Positions 1 through 10,296 of a stretch of DNA of 64,000 nt are shown here, one piece after another. The DNA is taken from positions 759,419 to 823,418 of the forward strand of contig DAOORK010000001.1 of NCBI GenBank assembly GCA_035389185.1. Direction: 5' to 3'. The notes below the pieces were generated by a model. It was not told the origin of the DNA, searched no databases, and saw only the letters and a list, made by a program, of their open reading frames with translations. The translations under genes and the position numbers were made by a program. Each line of letters starts with the position of its first letter. The stretch's first letter is position 1. The DNA is from Candidatus Woesebacteria bacterium. GTDB taxonomy: Bacteria; Patescibacteriota; Microgenomatia; UBA1400; MFAQ01.

Positions 1-15
1 CAAAAAAATAAACTG

Positions 16-1710
16 GTGGAAAAACTGTTACCGTTGGTAGCAAAGGATAAGGTGTCAGGTTTTGTTTCCAATTACTGGGGTCATGTCGGGTGGGAAGAAG
101 ATGCTTCAACGACAAATCCTTGGTTGGCGATTGCTGACAGAGTTGGTTTGGCGCAGGAAAGAGTAATAAGAAATGGTGGAAAGGTAAGTTTCATTTTCCC
201 CAATGGTTATGTACACTCAGAGACAATTTGGCACAATCCACCCGGAAAAAGCAAAATCGACACAATCTACGGTCTAAGAAACGCAGCTTTTGCAACGTCT
301 GAGTCAAGCAGAACTGATGGTTATATGAGCGGCCACATTCACAGGATGGGGGTTGGAAAAGAACTATATAGCGGTTCAAAAGCGGCGGTGTACTATATTT
401 CATCCGGAACGGCGAAAGGATCTTCTTTGGAAGTGCCGCCTGATCGTTTTGGAGTCAAACTGGGGGCACCCTTAACAGACCCTCTCGGCCAAGGTGTAAT
501 CGTGGAACCGAGAACAAAAACAAGAAAAGAAAAGAGCTATCCGTTTGCCTCTTTGGAACAAGGAAGTATGGCTAATGACGCTCTGAGACTTTTAGATTGG
601 ACAGAGAAAATGGGGATGACACAAGAGCTGCTTGAAAAAATTAGAGTCGAAGTAGAAGAAAAACCAAAAATAACTTTGGTTGCCGGAAAAAGCAGGGTAA
701 GCGGAGACGAATATGCGGAAGACAAACCAGATGAAACGGTAAAAATTGGTCGTGAATTTGTTAAAAATCCATATTCTAAGCAAGATATGAGATCACCTTA
801 TGATTCTCTGACATACAACGTAGCCTCTAAATTGCCGGTGACTCTACATCTAATTTCGAATGCTCGATTGGGAAGTAGTTCCGAAGGGTTTGATGAACTG
901 GAAAAGTATCACCGGGAACAAATTATTGATGATCCACACTCACTGGTAGTCTTTTTGCGTAACATGATTGATAAGGACGCAGGGAGTTCTCCTCATCGAG
1001 AAGAAATTCTGAATAAATTTATGAGAATTATCAAAGGAGCCAAAGATCAGACTTTGGCCATTATGATGTGTGAGTCTTTAAGAAACAGTAGTTGGAGACG
1101 TAAGGTTAAAACCGGTGAAAAAATGATTTTTACGGGGGAATATACGAGAGATGGAGAGAAGAAGTATAGAAAGGAGATAGAGTACTCAATGCCTCTGGCT
1201 CCCGGATCATACCTTTCCAGCGGAACAGATACACCATTAATTCATCATTTGTCGATGATTAAGCTGACAGTTGGTCCAAGGGGGGCAGGTGTTGCGAGAC
1301 CAACATACACAGGAGCAATGGTAGATAAGTTGATGCATCATGGGTCTTATTCCAGACCAGAGTTTGGTTTGAAACGAATGTACGATCTTTATATTCCGGA
1401 AAAAACAGGATTCGTTGCCGGAGGACATATGCCCCATGCAGGAGCAATGACGTTTTATGACGGTAGTAATCCGGAAACCAAAACGCCGATATTGGTGGCA
1501 CCGGGGTGGTTCTCAAAATACGCTGACTCAATGGGTAAGGGAAACGTAATGCCGGGAGCAGATCCTGGTCAAGCAATAATTTTTATGCCGGGAAACTACA
1601 TGGCGTATCCAACTATAGATGCTGCTGAAACAAAACTCATGCAAGATTCCTACAAAATGTTGTTTGGGTTGGAGTGGTTAGGTATAACTGACCAGGTATT
1701 GGGGAAGTAA
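16..1710 (+). CDS. hypothetical Gly/His-rich protein; reading frame is open to base 1 so the true start may lie upstream of the window (GTG at 16 is the first in-window start)
   Basis: 564-aa ORF with no recognisable motifs; no stop between base 1 and 16 in frame. Confidence 0.45.
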   Translation: MEKLLPLVAKDKVSGFVSNYWGHVGWEEDASTTNPWLAIADRVGLAQERVIRNGGKVSFIFPNGYVHSETIWHNPPGKSKIDTIYGLRNAAFATSESSRTDGYMSGHIHRMGVGKELYSGSKAAVYYISSGTAKGSSLEVPPDRFGVKLGAPLTDPLGQGVIVEPRTKTRKEKSYPFASLEQGSMANDALRLLDWTEKMGMTQELLEKIRVEVEEKPKITLVAGKSRVSGDEYAEDKPDETVKIGREFVKNPYSKQDMRSPYDSLTYNVASKLPVTLHLISNARLGSSSEGFDELEKYHREQIIDDPHSLVVFLRNMIDKDAGSSPHREEILNKFMRIIKGAKDQTLAIMMCESLRNSSWRRKVKTGEKMIFTGEYTRDGEKKYRKEIEYSMPLAPGSYLSSGTDTPLIHHLSMIKLTVGPRGAGVARPTYTGAMVDKLMHHGSYSRPEFGLKRMYDLYIPEKTGFVAGGHMPHAGAMTFYDGSNPETKTPILVAPGWFSKYADSMGKGNVMPGADPGQAIIFMPGNYMAYPTIDAAETKLMQDSYKMLFGLEWLGITDQVLGK

Positions 1711-1759
1711 AAAGACAGCCTGTAAAGTAATATTTACTACACGTATGTTATATTAAGTT

Positions 1760-2131
1760 ATGGCAAAGTTGTTGATTGTTGAGGACGACTTAATTCTTGA
1801 CGAAGCTTACCGGAAAAAGTATTCCGGACAGTATGATATCAGGGTAGAAACGGAGGGAGAAGGAGGAATTAAGGCGATAAAGAGTTGGAAGCCTGATGTG
1901 GTATTGTTGGACCTGTACTTGCCCGGTAAGTCAAGCGGTCTGGATGTTTTGAGTTTTTTAAAAAAGGATGTAAGTACGGCTAGGATTCCGGTTCTGGTAA
2001 TTACTAATTTGCCCGATGCGACAGAAAAAGTGAAGGCAATGGGAGCTGATGAGTGTTTCATGAAAACTGACGTGGATCTGGATTTAATTGAGAAATCACT
2101 TCGGGATATTTTGACAAAAGCAACGAGGTAA
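1760..2131 (+). CDS. single-domain response regulator (REC/CheY-like receiver)
   Basis: LIVEDD...phospho-acceptor D in VVLLDLYLPG...K motif; 123 aa, no output domain. Confidence 0.85.
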   Translation: MAKLLIVEDDLILDEAYRKKYSGQYDIRVETEGEGGIKAIKSWKPDVVLLDLYLPGKSSGLDVLSFLKKDVSTARIPVLVITNLPDATEKVKAMGADECFMKTDVDLDLIEKSLRDILTKATR

Positions 2132-2132
2132 A

Positions 2133-4253
2133 ATGAAAGGCCTGAATGACGAGGTGAAAATTAGCGGCCAGTTTAGAGTTTTTTTGTTGATGGTAACGAC
2201 AGTGGTTCTTCTTTTGGGGTCATTGTGGATATGGATATATGTGTTTCAGTCGGTGGAAGAACAACGAAAAGCGGAATTTAATAGGGTGGTTGAGACGACA
2301 AAAGAGGAGGTTATAAACTCACTTTTTTTGGTTGTGGAAAGACTATATGACTTGAGAGGTTTTATCACGAGTGGAGGAGTAGACCTAGAAAAATGGAACA
2401 GTTATTTATTGGCAACCGGGGTAGATAATAGACAACCCGGTATTTACACTTTTGGCTACGCTCCTCGGGTAGAAAAAAAGGAGCTAGAGTCGTTTTTGGA
2501 AAAGATAAGAAGAGAAGAAAAGAGTCCAATGTATGAAAACTTTTCTGTTTACCCAGTTGCAGATAATGCCGATTATTTTCCAATACAATATATTTTTACG
2601 AGAGACGAAGATCTAAAGTCATTTTTGGGATATGATCTTGGATCGTCAACAACTCAAACCGCGGCAATAAAACAGGCAGTGTTTGAGGATACATCAGTAA
2701 TAACAGATTTGCTTAGTGTGGGGATGGTGATTCCGGGAAATGAAAAAGTTGGGTATGAAGTGATGTTGCCGGTATATAGTCGAGAGGATATCGGTGAGTT
2801 GCCGATGGATGAGAGAAACAAATATTTTGTGGGTTTGGTAGGTACTTGGATTTTTCCCGAGAGTTTGATACCAATGGCAGAGAAAGAAGAAATCTTACGT
2901 TTGGGAAATATAAAAGTCACCGTATTTGATGGAGATAGAGAGATGTTTTTGGTGGGAAATGAAAAGGTTAGGGAGGCTGAAGTTGTTGACTCCCATGAAG
3001 TAATACTGCTTAACAAAAAGTTTAGATTCGAGTTCGCGGCCGCAAAATCGATGATATTATCGCCTTTCACGGAAAGATTACCTTTGCTGACGGGGATTGG
3101 TTTGATTATCGTGAATTTGATGTGGATGACGACGATTTACTCTGTTTTGATAGCTAGGAGACGGGCCTTGCATTTGGCAGAAGAGGCAACCGGTGATTTG
3201 GTAAAGTTTAAACAAGCTGTGGAGGGTGTGTCGGATCAGGTGATTATCACAGATATTGATGGAGTAATGATTTACGTAAATGGAGCAACAGAAAAAGCGT
3301 CAGGTTATAAAAAAGAGGATCTTGTGGGAAAAAAGATTGAGTTTTTGCATGAGTCAACGAATGATTTTTCTAAAAAGGTTTGGAAAACAATCAAAGAAAA
3401 CAAAAAACCATTTTGGGGGGAAACTCTGAATAAAAGGAAAAACGGAGAAGTTTATGAGGCGGAAGTAGAAGTATCGCCGATTTTTGATGAAGCGGGTGAA
3501 TTAATTTATTTTGTTGGAGTAGAACGTGATTTAACAAGGATGAGAGCTATGGAAAAGATGAAGAGAGAGTTTCTTTCGCTCGCCAGTCATCAGTTGAGAA
3601 CCCCCCTTTCGGCAGTGAAATGGTTTGGTAAAATGTTGCTTTCTGGTGAGGCCGGAAAGCTGAACCCTGATCAAAAGGGATATGTTGAAAAAATTTATGA
3701 ATCTAATGAAAGAGAGATAGATTTGGTGAATTCTTTGTTAAATGTTAGTCGAATTGAGTCGGGGAAGATAGTAGTTGTACCACGTCAGACTGATTTAAAA
3801 ACGATGGTGGAAACGGTAGTGATCGATCTAAGACAGGAAGCGGATAAAGGGAGAAAGAAAATAACTTTAGTATTGGATCGGAAGATTCCTGAGATGATGA
3901 TTGACGGGGACTTGATAAGACATGCTTATTCAAATCTGATATTGAATGCGATTAGATATACCAAGACGGGGGGTAAGATTTTGGTTAAAGTGTACTTGGA
4001 TAAAAACAAGGTAATGTCTGAAGTAAAAGATAATGGAATAGGTATTCCAAGGGTGGAACAAAAAAGAGTCTTTGAGAAATTTTTTAGGGCAGCAAATGCA
4101 CTGAAGAAGGTGACTGACGGAAACGGGTTAGGACTATATTTATCAAAAACAATTATCGAGTCTTCCGGGGGGAAGATAGGATTTAAGAGTGTGGAAAATA
4201 AAGGAAGTACTTTTTGGTTCTCGCTTCCGGTAAAAAGCCAAGAAAGAAAGTAG
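2133..4253 (+). CDS. sensor histidine kinase (2 TM flanking ~270-aa extracytoplasmic sensor domain, PAS, HisKA, HATPase_c)
   Basis: H-box SHQLRTPLSAV, N-box LILNAIRYT, G1 VKDNGIGIP, G2 GNGLGLYL; PAS-like VSDQVIITDIDGVMIYVNGATEKASGY; starts 2 nt after REC gene. Confidence 0.85.
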   Translation: MKGLNDEVKISGQFRVFLLMVTTVVLLLGSLWIWIYVFQSVEEQRKAEFNRVVETTKEEVINSLFLVVERLYDLRGFITSGGVDLEKWNSYLLATGVDNRQPGIYTFGYAPRVEKKELESFLEKIRREEKSPMYENFSVYPVADNADYFPIQYIFTRDEDLKSFLGYDLGSSTTQTAAIKQAVFEDTSVITDLLSVGMVIPGNEKVGYEVMLPVYSREDIGELPMDERNKYFVGLVGTWIFPESLIPMAEKEEILRLGNIKVTVFDGDREMFLVGNEKVREAEVVDSHEVILLNKKFRFEFAAAKSMILSPFTERLPLLTGIGLIIVNLMWMTTIYSVLIARRRALHLAEEATGDLVKFKQAVEGVSDQVIITDIDGVMIYVNGATEKASGYKKEDLVGKKIEFLHESTNDFSKKVWKTIKENKKPFWGETLNKRKNGEVYEAEVEVSPIFDEAGELIYFVGVERDLTRMRAMEKMKREFLSLASHQLRTPLSAVKWFGKMLLSGEAGKLNPDQKGYVEKIYESNEREIDLVNSLLNVSRIESGKIVVVPRQTDLKTMVETVVIDLRQEADKGRKKITLVLDRKIPEMMIDGDLIRHAYSNLILNAIRYTKTGGKILVKVYLDKNKVMSEVKDNGIGIPRVEQKRVFEKFFRAANALKKVTDGNGLGLYLSKTIIESSGGKIGFKSVENKGSTFWFSLPVKSQERK

Positions 4254-4273
4254 GTTAATGTTATGATGAAATT

Positions 4274-5956
4274 GTGACCATAGATAACTCTCAACTGTAT
4301 AAATCTCTCTCAGAGATGGGAGTGATTGATAAAGAGCAATTGGATGATACTTTTGAGGATGCAAAAGAAACGGGTGAAGCATTGCCTGAGCTATTGTTAC
4401 AGAGAGACTTGATATCGGATGAAAATCTGGGAATGTTGACGGCGGATCTTTTGAAAGTGCCATTTATTAGTTTGAACAAGGTTTCTCTTAATAAAGAGGT
4501 ACTAAAGACGCTGTCTGAGGAAATGGCAAGAGCAAAAGGAATCGTCATTTTTAAAATTGATAAAGAGGGAACTCATGTGGCAATGAGTGATCCAAAAGAC
4601 TTAGTTAGCCTTTCTTTTTTGAAGAAAGTAATCAAAGGTTCGATTAAAATTTATTACGCTACTAATCGAGACATCAGACAGGCTTTGTTTGCTTACCGGG
4701 AAGATGTTAAGCGAGTTTTTGAGGAAATTATCAACAAAAATGTGAGTGAAATCAAAGAGGGAGAGACAGAAGCACCGATTATTGAGTTGGTGGAGACGAT
4801 AATGACATACGCTTATCAAAGCCGTGCTTCAGATGTCCATATTGAACCAACAGAAGAAGCAACCCAGTTGAGATTTAGAGTTGACGGGGTACTTCATGAT
4901 GTAATTATGCTGCCTAAGCGAATAGAGGATCAATTGGTAAGCAGAGTAAAGATTTTGTCTTCTTTGCCAACAGATGAGCACCTGATGGCACTCGACGGTA
5001 AGTTTGATTTTGAGGTTCCGGATATGGAGAGGATTGATGTTCGTGTATCAATAGTGCCGTCAACTCATGGGGAACGAGTGGTGATGAGAATACTGGCCGG
5101 AGATATAAGACGTTTTGCTTTGCTGGATCTGGGCATTTCGGAGAAAGATATTGAAAAAGTGAGAAAGGCATACAGTAAGCCATTCGGAATGGTATTGGCA
5201 ACAGGACCAACCGGTTCCGGCAAAACGACAACACTGTATTCATTTTTGAAGATCCTGAACAAAAGAAATATAAATATTATGACGATTGAGGATCCTGTTG
5301 AGTACCAGATACAGGGAGTAAACCAGATCCAAGTTAATCAAAAAACTAATTTAACATTTGCGGCAGGATTAAAGAGTATTGTTCGTCAAGATCCTAATGT
5401 TATTTTGGTTGGAGAGATACGTGATGAAGATACTGCTTCAATTGCGGTAAACGCGGCAATGACCGGACACTTGGTACTGTCAACTTTGCATACCAGTGAC
5501 GCGGCAACGACGATTCCGCGATTGCTGGAGATGAAGGTTGAGCCATTTTTGATCGCTTCGTCGGTGAGTTTGATTGTGGGTCAGAGATTAGTAAGAAAGG
5601 TTTGCACAAGTTGCCGAATGAGTGTTTTTGATGACGAGATGAAAGCGGCTATCGATGAGTTACCAAAAGACTTGATAAAGAAACATCTCGGAAAGATTAA
5701 TGTTGATACGAGACTGTATCGAGGAAAGGGCTGTCCTGTTTGTCAAAATACCGGATACACCGGTCGGGTGGGGATTTTTGAGATGATACCAATGACACCA
5801 GCGATTAAAGAAGCGATTATGAACAAAGCCGATGCCGGAGAAATAAAGAAAATAGCTATCAAAGAGGGAATGACGACGATGGTGGAAGACGGCCTCGAGA
5901 AGATGAAGATGGGTATTACAACTCCTGAGGAGTTATTAAGAGTAATAAAAGAATAA
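4274..5956 (+). CDS. pilB: type IV pilus assembly ATPase PilB/GspE family
   Basis: Walker A GPTGSGKTTTLYS, Asp/His boxes, C-terminal CxxC...CxxC zinc motif (CTSC...CPVC), N-terminal GSPII-like domain. Confidence 0.9.
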   Translation: MTIDNSQLYKSLSEMGVIDKEQLDDTFEDAKETGEALPELLLQRDLISDENLGMLTADLLKVPFISLNKVSLNKEVLKTLSEEMARAKGIVIFKIDKEGTHVAMSDPKDLVSLSFLKKVIKGSIKIYYATNRDIRQALFAYREDVKRVFEEIINKNVSEIKEGETEAPIIELVETIMTYAYQSRASDVHIEPTEEATQLRFRVDGVLHDVIMLPKRIEDQLVSRVKILSSLPTDEHLMALDGKFDFEVPDMERIDVRVSIVPSTHGERVVMRILAGDIRRFALLDLGISEKDIEKVRKAYSKPFGMVLATGPTGSGKTTTLYSFLKILNKRNINIMTIEDPVEYQIQGVNQIQVNQKTNLTFAAGLKSIVRQDPNVILVGEIRDEDTASIAVNAAMTGHLVLSTLHTSDAATTIPRLLEMKVEPFLIASSVSLIVGQRLVRKVCTSCRMSVFDDEMKAAIDELPKDLIKKHLGKINVDTRLYRGKGCPVCQNTGYTGRVGIFEMIPMTPAIKEAIMNKADAGEIKKIAIKEGMTTMVEDGLEKMKMGITTPEELLRVIKE

Positions 5957-6999
5957 TGGCAGTTTCAGCCGATGACAAACTATTTTTAACAAAGCGCCTG
6001 GCAATAATGATCAAAGCGGGAGTGCCGATGGATGAGACCTTGATGACCATGGCCGAACAATCACCATCTGATTTGGCTAAAGTGCTTAATAAAGTAAAAA
6101 AAGATGTAGATAATGGTACGAGTTTGGGAGAAGCATTCGAGAAGTATCCAAAAATATTCGATAAGTTTTTTGTTTCTTTGGTTAAAGCCGGTGATGTTTC
6201 GGGTACTTTGGAAGAAGCCTTGGAGTTTTTGGCGGAACAGATGGGAAAAAATATTCTCCTCAAGAAAAAAGTGCAAGGAGCTTTGGCTTATCCAATGTTG
6301 GTTTTGGCGGCAACTTTTATGATGGGTATTGGTATTTCTTGGTTTGTTTTACCGCAGCTTGTGGACATGTTCGCATCGTTTGAGGTAAATCTTCCTTGGT
6401 CAACAAGATTACTCATGGGTTTTGCTGAGTTTATGAAAAACTACGGCATGATTGCTGTTCCGGCACTAATTGGTGTATTTTTTGCACTAACGGCACTTGT
6501 CCAGATAAAAAGTATAAGGAGGTTGTGGGACAGATTTGTTTTGAAAATACCTTTTTGGGGAAAGGTGGTGATTGATGGCCAGATGGGTGAGTTTAGCCGG
6601 AATATGGGTACCTTACTTAAAAGCGGTATACCGGTAACTGATGCTTTTACCGTGACGGCCAATACACTGTCGAATCGAAAATTTATTGAGGATCTTGGAG
6701 AGGTAAAAGAAGAAGTCCAAGAAGGAAAAACAATTGCCGAAGCCATGAGCCGAAAAGAGTATTGGGAGTTTGGAAAACTAGCGATTCGAATGATTGGTGT
6801 GGGTGAGAAGAGCGGAAATCTGGAGGAAATGTTTGCTTATTTGGCTACGTACTATGAAGAAGAAATTGACAATACAAGTAAAAATTTGACAACACTTTTG
6901 GAACCGGTGTTGTTACTATTCATCGGATTGGTAGTAGGTTTTGTGGCGATGGCGATTATCAGCCCGATCTACACAATGGTGGGTAGTTTGGGAAGTTAA
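5956..6999 (+). CDS. pilC: type IV pilus platform protein PilC/GspF family
   Basis: two T2SSF-like repeats, 3 TM; ATGA overlap with pilB stop (translational coupling). Confidence 0.85.
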   Translation: MAVSADDKLFLTKRLAIMIKAGVPMDETLMTMAEQSPSDLAKVLNKVKKDVDNGTSLGEAFEKYPKIFDKFFVSLVKAGDVSGTLEEALEFLAEQMGKNILLKKKVQGALAYPMLVLAATFMMGIGISWFVLPQLVDMFASFEVNLPWSTRLLMGFAEFMKNYGMIAVPALIGVFFALTALVQIKSIRRLWDRFVLKIPFWGKVVIDGQMGEFSRNMGTLLKSGIPVTDAFTVTANTLSNRKFIEDLGEVKEEVQEGKTIAEAMSRKEYWEFGKLAIRMIGVGEKSGNLEEMFAYLATYYEEEIDNTSKNLTTLLEPVLLLFIGLVVGFVAMAIISPIYTMVGSLGS

Positions 7000-7000
7000 T

Positions 7001-7429
7001 ATGAAAGGGGTAACTTTTTTGGAACTAATTTTAGTTATAGCAATACTGTTACTTTTGGGAGTGATTTCGGTTCCTTTTACGGGAAGATTTTTGGTCAGAA
7101 ATAATCAGCAGACAGCAGTTTATCGGGTTATGTCTGAGACATGGAAAGCTCAAGATTTTGCATCGAGCGGGAGAGAGATTAACGGAAATAGAGTGTGGGG
7201 AGTTTGTTTATCCGGAACAAAATTTCGATTGTTTAACGGAAATTGTACGAGTCCTACCTTTAAAGAAGATTATGATATGCCGGTTGGAGTAAGTATTTCG
7301 GGTATAGAAAGCGTAACCTTTGATAACTTGACCGGAGAGCCTTCCGGGGTGACAACTATCACGATAAGTAATGAAGCGAGGAGTAACACAATTACCATTA
7401 ATGCTGTGGGGATGATAGAAGAAAATTGA
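7001..7429 (+). CDS. prepilin-like minor pilin/pseudopilin
   Basis: N-terminus MKG|VTFLELILVIAILLL, class III signal with Glu at +5; start taken at ATG 7001 rather than ORF-track 6941, which would overlap pilC. Confidence 0.6.
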   Translation: MKGVTFLELILVIAILLLLGVISVPFTGRFLVRNNQQTAVYRVMSETWKAQDFASSGREINGNRVWGVCLSGTKFRLFNGNCTSPTFKEDYDMPVGVSISGIESVTFDNLTGEPSGVTTITISNEARSNTITINAVGMIEEN

Positions 7430-7430
7430 T

Positions 7431-9239
7431 ATGAATAAAAAGAGATTACAGTCTGGCTTTGGATTATTGGAGGTGATTTTGGCGTCCGGACTGTGGTTAA
7501 TTTTGGCTGCCGCGGGAACAATGATGCTCGCCGGGAGTTTGAGACTAAATTCACAGTCGACAGATAATGATCAAGCTGTTTTATTGGCTACGGAAGGTTT
7601 GGAAGCGGTTAGAACCATCAAAAAAAATGGATGGATGTCTCCTTTTCTGGCAACCGATTGTTTGGCAGGGTGCGGAGTGGCGACAGTTTCCGGTACTTGG
7701 GGATTTGGAGGATCGAGTAACACTATCGGAAAATACACAAGAAAGATAACCGTAAGCCCGGTGAGCCGAGACACTGAAGGTAATGTTGTGGGAAGCGGTG
7801 GTGCAGTGGACACAAATACATATAAAGTGGAGTCTAAAGTTACTTGGCAGAGAACCCCTGTTGTATCCGGATCGGTGACTTTGATAACGTATTTAACAAA
7901 CTACATTAAGTCAATTGTGTCCACCTTGACGGGGGGGTTGTTAATCTATGGAGATGGAACTACCGTACCGCAGTATCGATTGTTTGATAGGGTAACAAAC
8001 TTTTCGACAGAACAAAGCGGTCCGATCGGAGGAGCAGGGGGTACTTTCCAGATGGATACGTCTCCGATAAAAACTGAGGCTGTTGCCGGTTATGTAACCG
8101 GGTCCGGTGCCCTACAGATAATGTGCTTTGACGGAGTAACCTGGAGTAACGAGTGGAGTGTAAATGTCGGCGGGACGGCTAGCACAAGAAGATTTGATGT
8201 TGCTTATGAAAATAACTCGGGTGATGTGTTGGTGCTTTATAGCGGAAATACAGTTAGTAACGAACTGCGTTACCGAGTCAAGTCTGGGGCAAGTGATTGT
8301 GGAAGCTCTGCCTGGTCGGCAGAAAACAGTTTAAATTCAGCAAGAACAAATGGAGTGATTCATTGGGTGAAAATGGCTGTAGATAGGAGATTATCTTCAG
8401 ACTTGATCGGAGCAATTTGGGCTGATGAAAATGCTGACCTTTCGTCGATGGTTTGGAACGGGAGCGCCTGGGTAAATGAACCTAGTGCACTCCTAGCGAC
8501 AGATCTGGAAGTAGTATCAACGGCACAAGATGTTGAGGATTTTGATTTGGAATATGAATCTTTGTCGGGTGACCTGATGGTTGTTTGGGCAATTTCGGCG
8601 GGGAATAATGGGACAAACGGTGTTAGATATGCGACCTGCACCGGAGGTACGGCTAATTGTACTTGGACACTAAACTTAACACCACCCACTTTTAAAGATG
8701 ATGCCACTAATTTGGACTTGGCTGCTGATCCAATAACTGACCAATTGGTCTTTGCTTCAATTGGAGATGCAGGGTCTGACCTGCAAATAGGATTCTGGGA
8801 TGGAACCGGGTGGTCAAACAAGGCAAATCTGGATACTTCGGCAGGAACTCCACTTGCGGGTACAAAAATAGTTTCTTCGGGCTGGCTGGCAAGCGGTACT
8901 ACCAGTCGTTTTGTGGTGGTGTACACAGACTCATCAGAGAGTGGAATAAATTGGTATGTAAGTAATGCCGCCGGTGTACCAAACGGACAGAAAGAATTTT
9001 TAACTTTACCGGTAATTGGCTATCCTAAAAAATGGATAGAGATTAAAACTGATCCTGTCGATAAGGCTCAACTGATCGCTGTGATTTCTGATGTAAATAA
9101 TGATTTGTATGCAAAAAAACTATTCATGACGACGAAGACAGCTTTTGAATGGAGTGATTTAGAAGGAGGAACGGCACTAGAAACAGGATTGACTCAGTCA
9201 ATCAACAAGCCGTTTGCATTTAGTTTTTGGAAACAATGA
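7431..9239 (+). CDS. large (602 aa) prepilin-like protein
   Basis: N-terminus MNKKRLQSG|FGLLEVILASG (G-1, E+5, hydrophobic helix) followed by ~570-aa Gly/Ser/Thr-rich globular region. Confidence 0.6.
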   Translation: MNKKRLQSGFGLLEVILASGLWLILAAAGTMMLAGSLRLNSQSTDNDQAVLLATEGLEAVRTIKKNGWMSPFLATDCLAGCGVATVSGTWGFGGSSNTIGKYTRKITVSPVSRDTEGNVVGSGGAVDTNTYKVESKVTWQRTPVVSGSVTLITYLTNYIKSIVSTLTGGLLIYGDGTTVPQYRLFDRVTNFSTEQSGPIGGAGGTFQMDTSPIKTEAVAGYVTGSGALQIMCFDGVTWSNEWSVNVGGTASTRRFDVAYENNSGDVLVLYSGNTVSNELRYRVKSGASDCGSSAWSAENSLNSARTNGVIHWVKMAVDRRLSSDLIGAIWADENADLSSMVWNGSAWVNEPSALLATDLEVVSTAQDVEDFDLEYESLSGDLMVVWAISAGNNGTNGVRYATCTGGTANCTWTLNLTPPTFKDDATNLDLAADPITDQLVFASIGDAGSDLQIGFWDGTGWSNKANLDTSAGTPLAGTKIVSSGWLASGTTSRFVVVYTDSSESGINWYVSNAAGVPNGQKEFLTLPVIGYPKKWIEIKTDPVDKAQLIAVISDVNNDLYAKKLFMTTKTAFEWSDLEGGTALETGLTQSINKPFAFSFWKQ

Positions 9240-9757
9240 AAAAACATATTAACAGTTCCGGTTTTAGTTTAATCGAGTTGATTTTGTATGTGGCTCTTTT
9301 GGGAATAATTGTGAGCGGAATGGTGACCTTTGGTTTGAATGTGGTGCAAATAAGAATAAAAAACAGAGTGGAACAAGAAGTAATTGCCAACACTCGTTTG
9401 GTGACAAGAAGAATAAATTATGAGATTCGTAACTCTTCGGCAGTGAACAGTGTTACTGCAGAGAGCATTTCTTTGGCAAGTGGCGACTCTGCGAGGAATC
9501 CAACAGTAATCTCTTTGAGCGGAGGAACAGTGACGATAGGATATGGGAGTACAGGAAGTTGTTCCACAATTGTTCCTTGTCCGCTAACAAGCAGAAATAC
9601 GACAGTACAGAGTTTGTTATTTGCTGATATGAGCAGTGGAGTATCACCCCAATCGGTGAAGTATGAAGTGGTGGTAAAAGGAGAGGTTGCCGGTGCGGGT
9701 AAGTCATATTATTACAAAGAGTACGCGACGGGGAGCGCGGAAGTTAGATCAAAATGA
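9236..9757 (+). CDS. prepilin-like minor pilin
   Basis: MKKHINSSG|FSLIELILYVALLGIIV; ATGA overlap with preceding gene; ORF-track start 9227 is an alternative. Confidence 0.6.
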   Translation: MKKHINSSGFSLIELILYVALLGIIVSGMVTFGLNVVQIRIKNRVEQEVIANTRLVTRRINYEIRNSSAVNSVTAESISLASGDSARNPTVISLSGGTVTIGYGSTGSCSTIVPCPLTSRNTTVQSLLFADMSSGVSPQSVKYEVVVKGEVAGAGKSYYYKEYATGSAEVRSK

Positions 9758-10296
9758 ATACGAGACAAATCTGCCACCCATATTCTTTGTTGGCCACCGA
9801 TAATCCGGCTTCTCCTGCGAAAGCCGGTTATCTCGATACTCGACACGAAATTTTGAACAGTAGTTCAAAACCATGCATTTCGTGTCTGCGTAGCGTGGCA
9901 CAAAGAACAAAGGTTCCGATTGGTAGTATTCATGAAGGGTATGTGGCTTTGGTGACGGTGCTGATTATTGGGGCAGTGATGGTGATTGTGGGCATGGCCG
10001 TGGTGATGAATTCAATTAATACCGGACAAGGGGTGCTATCGGAGATTAGGAAGGAGTCGAGTATTGGTCTGGTAGAGTCGTGCGTTGAGGACGCATTGTT
10101 GAGAATAAATAAGAATAATATATTGGGTTCGAGCATCGTTTTACCTGAAGGTTCGTGTACTGTTACAATAAACTCACAGTCGGGCAGTGATTGGGATTTT
10201 ACAGTCAGCGGTGTTGGGGACGGATACTTGAAGAGCATAAGAGTCGTAGCGTCTCGAACAACAAAGGTGACTGTTATTAGCTGGAAAGAGATATGA
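9754..10296 (+). CDS. putative PilX-like minor pilin/pilus assembly protein (start uncertain)
   Basis: hydrophobic helix YVALVTVLIIGAVMVIVGMAVVM without Glu+5, ~100-aa globular tail; N-terminal 55 residues of the ORF are probably not translated. Confidence 0.35.
   Translation: MNTRQICHPYSLLATDNPASPAKAGYLDTRHEILNSSSKPCISCLRSVAQRTKVPIGSIHEGYVALVTVLIIGAVMVIVGMAVVMNSINTGQGVLSEIRKESSIGLVESCVEDALLRINKNNILGSSIVLPEGSCTVTINSQSGSDWDFTVSGVGDGYLKSIRVVASRTTKVTVISWKEI

Noticed and set aside
191-1576. Antisense/alternate-frame ORFs inside the first CDS (191..403-, 537..725-, 592..783-, 1237..1437-, 1259..1576+), and likewise short antisense ORFs inside most long CDSs throughout the window
   Set aside because: They are nested in longer ORFs with better coding features; none has an SD or motif support.
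6941-7000. N-terminal extension of ORF 6941..7429 overlapping pilC
   Set aside because: The pilin signal peptide begins at ATG 7001 with RBS; extension would bury the class III signal.
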